Assembly: GCA_023213395.1 (NCBI GenBank)
Contig: CM041465.1
Location: 132,005,741 to 132,069,740 of the forward strand
Origin: Cycas panzhihuaensis
Taxonomy: Eukaryota; Plantae; Cycadophyta
Direction of reading: 5' to 3'
DNA length: 64,000 nucleotides
In this document: piece after piece, positions 54,700 through 64,000 of the stretch
How positions within the stretch are numbered: the stretch's first letter is position 1
Layout of the letters: every line of letters begins with the position of its first letter
Translations under genes and position numbers: made by a program
Notes under the pieces: generated by a model
Seen by the model: the letters and a program-made list of their open reading frames with translations, nothing else
What the model was told of the DNA's origin: nothing
The model's database searches: none

Positions 54700-54734
54700 G
54701 CACACTGCATTTCATCCTGGGGCCATGATTTCAG
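54700..54734 (+). CDS. RECQL3: RecQ3 coding exon 6 (AHCISSWGHDFR)
   Basis: RecQ signature DEAHC-S-WGHDFR; AG at 54698-54699, GT at 54735. Confidence 0.96.
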
Positions 54735-55038
54735 GTCAGCCAATGAACTCTTTAACTTAAGATACTTACGCATATCAATATCAAATTCAAACATTCTTTC
54801 CTCTCTTTACTTTTTGAAAGATTAGCCATTTTATTTGGATATGCAGATCAAGTATATATGTACATCTTCCTTGGTATTGTATGCTTCTATGCAATTTTAT
54901 GTTTCACAAAGTACTTTTCTTGTGTGCATGCATCATGCTTCAAAGTCTTGATTGAATTCTTCTGATGTTGAGAATTTGAATTAGTAGATGTTGCCAGTAA
55001 AGGTGCTAATGCTGGTTCTTTTGCTGGCTGGAATTCAG

Positions 55039-55122
55039 ACCCAGTTACCGCAAACTGTCATCGCTGAGAAGTTGCCTGCCTGGGGTGCCAATCTTAGCAT
55101 TAACAGCTACAGCTGCTAGAAA
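55039..55122 (+). CDS. RECQL3: RecQ3 coding exon 7 (motif III LTATA)
   Basis: ttcAG|A CCC AGT TAC..: [29 protein letters not shown]; GTAAGT at 55123; gene continues beyond the window. Confidence 0.95.
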
Positions 55123-55879
55123 GTAAGTTTGACTCTCTTATGTAAGCTGTCCGGTAAAGTGAAGTGGAAACGTGTTAATTCAAATGCAATTGTACCGTGT
55201 TTTGCATTGTAAATATTAAAATCATGAATTTCCCTTTGAACTCTGTAAGTAACAAGTTCTCAGTAAAGTAGGAGAAGCTGCAGGTATTTTCTGTATAGGA
55301 GACTTTACTGGGAAGTTGATGTCATAACAACTTTATCGATGAAGACAGCGATCAGATAGTGCAGGAATATAAGTGTTTAGTCCATGAAACAACATCTAGT
55401 TTTATTATAAATTTTTGGTAGTTTGTATGTGTCACACACATGCATTTTTATCTTTCCTTCAGTTAGAGGGTATTTCTTTATACGTGAAGGAAAGTCCATT
55501 TAAAAAGTATAATTTTCTTAGATGAAGACATCATCCTGCACTGTATGTGAAGCTTGGGTGCATCTACTCAAGTTTATGTCGCCTTCGTGTGTGCACACTA
55601 TGGGGGATTAAAAATGGCAGGCTAGTGTTTAAATCCTTATGGTATGTGATGATGGATGATTTGGGTCGAGAGTAAAAAGTTAACTAGGAATGTGTGGAAA
55701 CTAATTAATGCATTTGTAAGCCTTAGAAGGAAATCTTGTAAAAGTAGGTGAAGTGTGGAAGAGGGTGGGTTCACATGGTAGGTTTTGTTTACCCTAGATT
55801 AAATCATGCATTCAACATATGCATCACTAATGAATGGAAGGCTATGCTTGATTGGTAACATATAAAAGGTTTCGGCAAG

Positions 55880-58800
55880 CTATGGCAATGCCCATTGCTT
55901 ATAGACAGAAAATATAGCATTAACACTATAGATAATTTATAAAAATAGCATCTCATCATAAATAACAACAGATATCCACAATAATTCAGATACAATAGCA
56001 GACCACATAATAATATCAAATTAATATCAAACTTGCCATAGTAAATAGTATATATCAAATAAAATAACAACAATATCGTGCCTTCTTCAAGACGAGGGTT
56101 TCTTTCCAAAATGGCACAATAATGCCTTAATAGCTCTAGGCCATTAGTCCAGATCCAAAATATCAAATTCTTCACAGATGATCACAAATGAATAAGGCTC
56201 TTCCATTTATAGCCTTACTTTCTCTCTCTTAAAAACCAACTCTTATTTCTCTCTCATAAAAATATGGATTTTAGGAATGCAACGCCTATTCTCCTAAAAG
56301 CACCGATATCCTTATTTCTCCTAAAAATATTGATTTCCATCTAGAATGCTACAATTCCCCTCCCCTTAAAATACTTTACCCTCAAAGTATAGGTAGTCGC
56401 ATGAGGAGCTGCTTGGCACTAATTTTGATAAGTTTCCAATCCACCACCTACCAAATCCTAGATGTCATAAAAATTGGGTTCAATCTTGCACCTTCTGTCG
56501 GAGATTGATGATGAGTACGCTGAACTTGTAGATGCTTGTTTCGGGTATCATGTAGATGTATCTTGTCCTGTATAGAAGAGATCCTGGGACTTGTGTGGTG
56601 TTGATGATGCTTGGCCATGACTCTATTTTGTGATTGCACATTTTGTCCTCAAATGATATCGCTCAAGGTATGAGGGGTGTTGAGAAAGTTGAAAGGATTT
56701 GGAAAGGGAGAAACAATGTGATTTTGGGAGGTGATCAAAGAAGTGTTCATGGGGGTCATGTGACTATGCTTGTAGAATGCAAGAAGGAATGGGAGATGTT
56801 GGGGTCAGTGAGGTGATCGACAATAGTTTTGAAGGTGTAGGGAATAGGGATAAAAGAGATATATAGTGAGAGTTACATGAGGTTTGGAAATTGATTTGAA
56901 GAGAGGTGAGGATTAGTAAAGTGCCGATTGAACCACTATAGTTTTTTGGCGAAAAAGATAGATGGGGGATTAGGGATGAACACTATTTATGAGAAAGATT
57001 TTAGTAGGGTTTTAGAAACAAGGGTAGAAAAGATTTAATGGAAAAAACAGTGTGAGTTGTATACGAGTGTGGAAGGTCGAGATAGATAGGTTGAAGTTTT
57101 ATAAGGGGCAATCATTGTACTAGGAGGTGAACAAGATGAAGAGAGGATGGAAGGATTAGAACATTCTATCGAGGAAAGTCTCTAGGGGATAAAGAAACAC
57201 ATAAGTGGAGGATTGAACTAGTGTTGTATGGGGGGATTGGGATTTGTCCTATAAAGAATTTAGAGTTGAGGGATCTAGGAGTTTGGATAGCTATGGGATA
57301 AGGGGGAGAGGGTTTCTCTACAACTATTGAGCATGGAAAGGAGGGAGGATGGATGAAACTTCCAAATGAAATGTGCATGTGCAAAACAAGATTAAAACCT
57401 GTGTCAAGTACTTCGAGGAATTCACATGGTTGTCTGGTTCTTTTCGCATTCTTTCTAGGTTGCTCTTCTAATACTTCTATGTCTATTAAGCTCCCTTTTG
57501 ATTGCCGCTCTCGGTCTCAACTAGCATCTTATTAGATTCTTCTACTAGATGCTCCATTATTATCTTCATTTGCTTCATGTCTTTAGTGTTGTTGTGTTGC
57601 TCTCTCTGAATTGGTTCCACTTCATGTTCTTGTAGGGTTTTTTGGATTTCCTTATCAATGGTCTACTCTTCCCCTTCATTCGTCTGTTCGTCTACTTGCT
57701 TTGATTCTTTGGTTTTTTCACATTTCTTGTCAACAGTCTACTCTTCCTCTTTCTCAGTTGTTCATTTTCTTGCTTTGATTCTTTGGCTTCTTCCATCGAT
57801 TAGTGGCTACTAGGAATGAAGCTTGAAACCAAAAGCAATTGTGTGGTATTGATCTAGTATTGTTAGACCAATTAATGAACCAATCAAGAGATTCTCTTGT
57901 CAAGTATCACTGGATACATGGTATGTAAATTTCAAGCTCTATATCTAGTGATAGTCCACAATACGTGTTGACATGTTGAATCCATTGTTTAGCTATCGTG
58001 CTTTCTCCTAGGGAGAAATCTTGGGCCATATGAAGTTTTCCTATTAAGCGAAACCTTTGTACTATTTTTTTTAGGTCCTCCATTTTTTTTTTTCTATGTC
58101 AATAGGAGCTACAACTTCAAGGATTAAAATCTACATCAAAGATTGGTCAAAACTATACTATATGACCATTCAAATCGTGTTAGAATATAATGTTTTATCT
58201 AGGAATGTTTTGAGGGTCATGTAAAACCCCTCTTTTTGTACATTACAATCAGATACATGGCAGTTACAGTTTCACATTGTATATATAAAGAGTTCATCTC
58301 TCATAATAAACTCAAGTTACTCTTCAATCTGAGTTTGTGTTTAACATGGTATCAGAGTAGGGCAATCTGCCTGCCTAAAAGAGAAATTGTCTAAAAGAGG
58401 AACAGCTTGAGATTTATAGAGATTAGTTCTGTAACTTAACGAAAAGAGATCAAGATGATTAGAGTAATCTTTTGAAGAAAAAGAGGACATGCATTCATCA
58501 GAAGAATGAAGAAATTGACTGTGTATGGACCTGTACGAATGAGAAAATTTGAAAGTGCTCAGATTTTGATGAAATTTCACTAGCAAATAGATCTTAGTAC
58601 GAATGTTATCTTTGTCAACTAGGTCGAAGTCATTCGAGGCCATCTTTAAGGAGTTTTTGGCAGATTTCTAGGGGCGTGGGTTTGAAACTTCAAACATTAA
58701 TTTTGGTCAGAATTTCTAGTTCCTTCTGATAAAATCTATTACAAAATCTTCATTTCAGTAATACAAATCTTTTCATACCAGTTTCAAGGATTTTGATCAA

Positions 58801-61800
58801 AGATTTTTAATTTTATGAGCAAAATTTCCAGAAACCCTAACGACCTAGTTTTGCATTTGGAGACAGTTTCTAAATAATCTATGTAGATTCTTACAAAAAG
58901 ACTTACAGATCTGAATTCCTCTTGAAAAACCCTTTGATTTAAGATAGATTTTGTCCAAATCTATACACGTGCAAAATTGTACGAAAATCTATACAACCGT
59001 ACAGCCAAGCCCTGAAAACCTTCGTTTCTTGATTTAATCATGGCTGCTTCTATGTTGGCACTCATTGAGCAGGACAAACTAACTGATTCCAACTACCATG
59101 CATGGAAAATCAAGGTGGAAACTCAGTTAAGGGGCAAAAACACCTGGAATATAGCCATTGGGACTAAAACTAAACCTGCAATTACTGGTACTGCTCAAAC
59201 CAGTTGGGAAGAAAGAGACAATGCAAGGGTAATAGTATTAAAATTATTTGTTTATGATCCTCTTTTCATCTATGTTGAGAAACTGAATTCCTCCTCAGCA
59301 ATTTGGAAAACATTTGAAAATATGTATAGCCAAAAGAGTTGGGCCAGAATCATAGCCCTCAAGGAATAGTTGTTTAAGCTATACATGAAGGATATTGAAA
59401 CAATTTCATAATTCATCCACAAGGTCATATCAGTCAGAAATGACCTGCTGAGTGCCGGAGCAAATATTTCAGAACAGGAGATTATGGAGATGATAGCAAG
59501 CAAGCTTCTAAAATCCAATGATGTTATAATCAGTACAATAACCAATAATGATCAAATTAACACAATGACTCTTGATATTTTAACAGGTTTGTTGTTGAGA
59601 CAGGAACAAAAGAACAAATGATACGAAGAGTCTGTAGAAGTAAAAGATGCCTTTGTGACCAAACTCCATTTGGGACCCAAAGGAAGGGGATGATAGCAAG
59701 CAAGCTTCTAAAATCCAATGATGTTATAATCAGTACAATAACCAATAATGATCAAATTAACACAATGACTCTTGATATTTTAACAGGTTTGTTGTTGAGA
59801 CAGGAACAAAAGAACAAATGATACGAAGAGTCTGTAGAAGTAAAAGATGCCTTTGTGACCAAACTCCATTTGGGACCCAAAGGAAGGGGGTAATTTCTCA
59901 GATGTGCACGAGCCCTAGATACCAAAAGCCCATCTTGTGGGAGATGGCAAGAAAACCAAGGACGAGGACGCAACATTCCACCTAGAGAAGCTAGGGTATG
60001 TTTCAACTATGGAAAACCAGGCCATTTTTCGAGCAGTTACAAAGCCTTTGACGTTTGTTACCACTGTGTGTAATTTGAGTATTATCCCTATCAATGCTCA
60101 CAAAGAAGGGCTAAAATCTAGAGAGGGAAACTCCTTGCAGAAAATCATAGCAAAGACCAAGACAACGAAGATGAAGAAGAAACCGCATTTATTGTTGCAC
60201 TCATTGTTGGTCTCGAGGACGAAGAGGTGTGGTTCATTGACTCTGGAGCATCAAGGCATATGAGAGGACAAGAAGATTGGTTTGAATCACTAAAACCCTA
60301 CACTTCAAACCAATCTGTTGAGTTAGGGGATAAGTACCCGCTAAACATCAAAGGGGTTGGAACCATAGCAATTAAAGTAAAAGGTATTGTGCAAAAAATC
60401 GGTAATGTGCTTTTTGTGCCTAGATTGAAAAAGAATCTTCTTTCTGTCTCCCAATTAGGAAAGAAAAAACTAAGGACTATATTTGATGAGGAAGGACACT
60501 GTTACATTTTAGACATGAAGAAAACGGTGCTATAATTGCTAAAGGAATAGAAAGTAACGATTTATATAGATTACTTTCTAATCCTATAACAATCAATCGA
60601 GATGTAAAAGCATGCACTATAGTCAACACTAATAATAATAAATTGTGGCATTTGAAGTATGGGCATATCTCATCAGATAGGTTAGCATAGTTACAAAATA
60701 AAAAATGGTGAATGGTCTTCCAAACATTTTATTTCAACACTTTGTTTACAAAAGTTGTTCACTTGGGAAATAGTATTATTTTCCCTTTAAGACAAATGAA
60801 TGGCAAGCTCAAAATAGATTAGAGCTAGTACATACTGATCTATGTGGCCCTCTTACTCCTCACTCAATTAATGGTACTAAATACTTTTTAACTTTCATTG
60901 ATGAGTTTTCTAGGAAAACTTGGATTTACTTTTTCTACAACAAATCTAATGTTTTTGAAAAGTTCAAGGAATTTAAAGTTGAAGTTGAATTGGAATCTGG
61001 ATCAAAAATCAAATGTATCATGTTAGAAAGTGGAGGAGAATATATTTCGAAAGAATTCATGAATTTCTGTAAGGAACATGGAATACGTAGACAAATTACA
61101 ACCCCTTACACACCTCAATGTAATGGAGTTGTTGAACGCAAAAATAGGACAATTATGGAGATGGCGCAAAACATGATTGAAGAAAGGAAGGTCTCAAAAA
61201 CCTACTAGGCAGAGGCAGTTTGTATTGTTGGCTATCTCATAAACCGGAGTCCTACAAAGGCCTTGGAACAAATTACTCTTGAAGAAGCCTGGACCAGGGT
61301 CAAACTAGATGTAAGTAATTTAAAAGTTTTGGATGTCAAGCATTTGTTCATATACCAGATAGGAAGAGATCCAAACTTGACTCCAAAAGCATATAATGTA
61401 TAATGGTTGGGTAGAGTAGGAATTCAAAGGCCTATAAATGTATAGATAAGATCTATATAAGTAGAGATGTTGTCTTTAACGAAGATGATCCTGTAAATGA
61501 TACTCCAATCCAACAAGTAATTGAAAAAACACCCAAGAGAATACTTCAAGAAGAACCTCCTGCTGAAGAAATCTCTGGGGTTACTTCAAAGGACATAGAA
61601 ATAGATGATTCAGAGAGGGCTTCACAGTTTCATGAAAGTCCACCCATTGAAGAAGAAGAGTTATCTCCTAAAGACTCATTCATTGAAGAAGAAAGAAAGA
61701 AGGAATAAAGAACCAAAATGGTATCTCAAGACCATCGAAGAAGGTAAAGGAGACATGTATACGTATAGGACAAGAAGTCAAAAGCATTAGGCCTTGTTCT

Positions 61801-64000
61801 CTAACATAGAGCCACAATCATTTGAAGAAGTAAAAGGACGTGAGGAATGGCAAGCAACAATGGATACAGAGATGGAATCAATTTCTAGAAATCAGACCTG
61901 GGAGTTGGTAGATTTGTCTCTTGGAAAGCCAATAGTCAGTTGCAAGTGAGTATACAAGATAAAGGACAATGTTGATGGCACAATAAACAAGTATAAGGCC
62001 AAGCTAATAGCCAAGGTCTATACTTAGACTGGTGAAATAGGCTATGAAGACACATTCTCACCACTAGCCAAATTGGACACCGTGAGAGCAATAATTCCAT
62101 TAGCAACTTAACATAACTGGAAAATTTATTAGTTAGATGCGAAGAGCGCCTTTCTGAATGGTGAACTCGAGGAAGAGGTCTACATGAGACAACCAGAAGG
62201 GTATGTTCAAAACAGTTAGGAAAATCTTATTTGTAGATTGAAAAAGGCTTCATATGGGCTAAAGCAAGCTCTAAGAGCCTGGGATGCCAAATTAGATAGG
62301 TACCTCATTCAGAATGGATTTCACAGGTGCAGCTCCAACTCTAGCTTATATACAAAATGAAGATAGGGATTGATCACAGTAATTGCAGTGTATGTGGATG
62401 ACATGATCCTCACAGGTAGTGATACTGAGTCAATAGCTGATATAAGGGCTTAGTTGGAAAAGGGTTTCGAGATGATAGACTTGGGACTTCTGAACTACTA
62501 TCTAGGAATAGAGGTAGATCAAAACCAAGATTCAATTTGCTTGTCCCAGAGTAGATATATCCAAAATCTGCTAATAAAATTCAAAATGGAAGAAAGCAAC
62601 AATTGTATAACACCTATGGAAATCAATTGTGATCTCGCTCTAGATGAAAGGGAATCTGGAGTCGATGGAACATTGTACAGGCAACTGATTGGTAGCTTGA
62701 TATATCTGACCACAACTAGACCTGATATCTCATATTCAGTAAGTCTAATTTCTAGATATATGCAAGATCCAAAGGTGAGACATTATAAAGCTAAAAGAAT
62801 ACTTAGATACCTAAAAGGAACAATTGATCTGAAATTCACATATCTAAAGTTACAATCAAATAAATTAATTGGATTTTGTGATTCAGACTGGGCAGGAGAC
62901 ATAGAAAAAAGGAGATCAACAAGTGGTTATTGTTTCTTCCTTGGATCAACAACAATTTCCTGGAGTAGCAAAAGACAACCCATAGTCGCTCTCTCATCCA
63001 CAGAAGTTGAATATAAATCAGTTGTCAGTGTAACATGCAAAGCAGTTTAGCTAAGATAATTTCTGTCAAATTTAGATCAGTACCAAAAGGAGTCAACAAC
63101 CTTGTTTTGTGATAATTAGAGTGCCATCAAGCTAATAAAAAATCTAGTTCTCCATGCCCGAACAAAGCATATTGAAGTGTACCATCACTTCATACGAGAA
63201 AAAGTACAAAGCAAAGGAATTGATTTAACATATTGCCCAACAAACGAGCAAGTTGCAGATATTTTAACAAAACCACTTAACAAAGACAAATTTCAAGTTC
63301 TTAGAGATAAAATACGATTGTAAAGATAAAACATTAAGAGAGGGTGTTAGAATATAATGTTTTATCTAGGAATGTTTTGAGGGTCATGTAAAACCCCTCT
63401 TTTTGTAACATAGACAAGTGTATACCACGTGTCAATCAGATACAGGGCGGTGACAGTTTCACATTGTAGATATAAAGAGTTCAGCTCTCATAATAAACTG
63501 GAGTTACTCTTCAATCAAAGTTTATGTTTAACATATCATCTTTGAATTAGGATTCCAAGGTTTAAACAAACTTAAAATCTGGCACCTACAACTGAAGTTA
63601 TGGACAAAATTGTCCAATACACCTTTTTAAAAACCAAACAAAAATGTTAACTTTTTCTCCACTAACCCAGATTGAGTGATTCCTTTTGTTGAGTAGAAAT
63701 GACTTCAAAATGTGTCCAGTGGGCTTGGTTTGAGGTGATTTGGAGCTTTGTAGCTCTTGTAGTAGCCCCTGTAAGTTAGATAAAAGATTTTGAATTTTAG
63801 GGCAGCAACAAACCCTCCACTAAAATAATAATAACTTTTGAACTAGATTTCTAAATTGAAAAAGTATTTTTTCTAAGTAATCTATGCTTTAAGCCACACC
63901 AAATTAAGAAAAATTTGAGGTCATTTGGATATTTGTAGCAATTGGTATGGCCCTTTTAATGGTCACAATTAGGGTTTATGGGGATTGTAGTAGTACGTGT
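55880..64000 (-). mobile_element. Old decayed LTR element in RecQ3 intron 7, interrupted by the copia at 58178
   Basis: ..ctaCA at 56353 followed by reverse PPT attcccctcccc; gag-like remnant near 57900-58000; ends uncertain. Confidence 0.45.
58178..63533 (+). mobile_element. Full-length degenerate Ty1/copia element related to the 41051 element
   Basis: LTRs 58178-58346 / 63345-63533; PBS tggtatcagag 58347; PPT aagagaggg; gag start MAASMLALIEQDKL vs MAAPLFGLSEQDKL; WFIDSGAS, YVDD and RNaseH motifs; TSD weak (aatcg/tatca). Confidence 0.93.

Noticed and set aside
55278-55290. ctgcAG|GTATTT ratchet-like site in intron 7 (also near 40237)
   Set aside because: Poor pyrimidine tract or weak donor; expected by chance

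Overview
AT-rich, retroelement-dense plant genomic DNA; the very long TE-filled introns suggest a large-genome land plant such as a fern or gymnosperm (inference). The only host gene I can support is the 5' part of a + strand RecQ3-type DNA helicase (RECQL3). Seven coding exons are visible, including an 8-nt micro-exon (54091-54098) and a 30.7-kb first coding intron (23115-53832); the next intron runs past the window end. Most of the rest is nested, decayed retroelements: three near-complete Ty1/copia, several Ty3/gypsy elements and fragments, a 323-bp TRIM, a LINE remnant and solo LTRs. The most unusual elements are two unrelated gag-only LTR elements (1-4328 and 29432-33026). Both have PBS, a short leader with a splice-donor match, a long non-coding tract, a copia-type gag with no pol, and a codon-phased tandem-repeat tail. 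Also notable: an AG|GTAAG recursive-splice-like site near the end of the giant intron, a G-box/ABRE-like palindrome shared by unrelated LTRs, and several repair-junction signatures. All coordinates were read by eye; no alignments or database searches were run.
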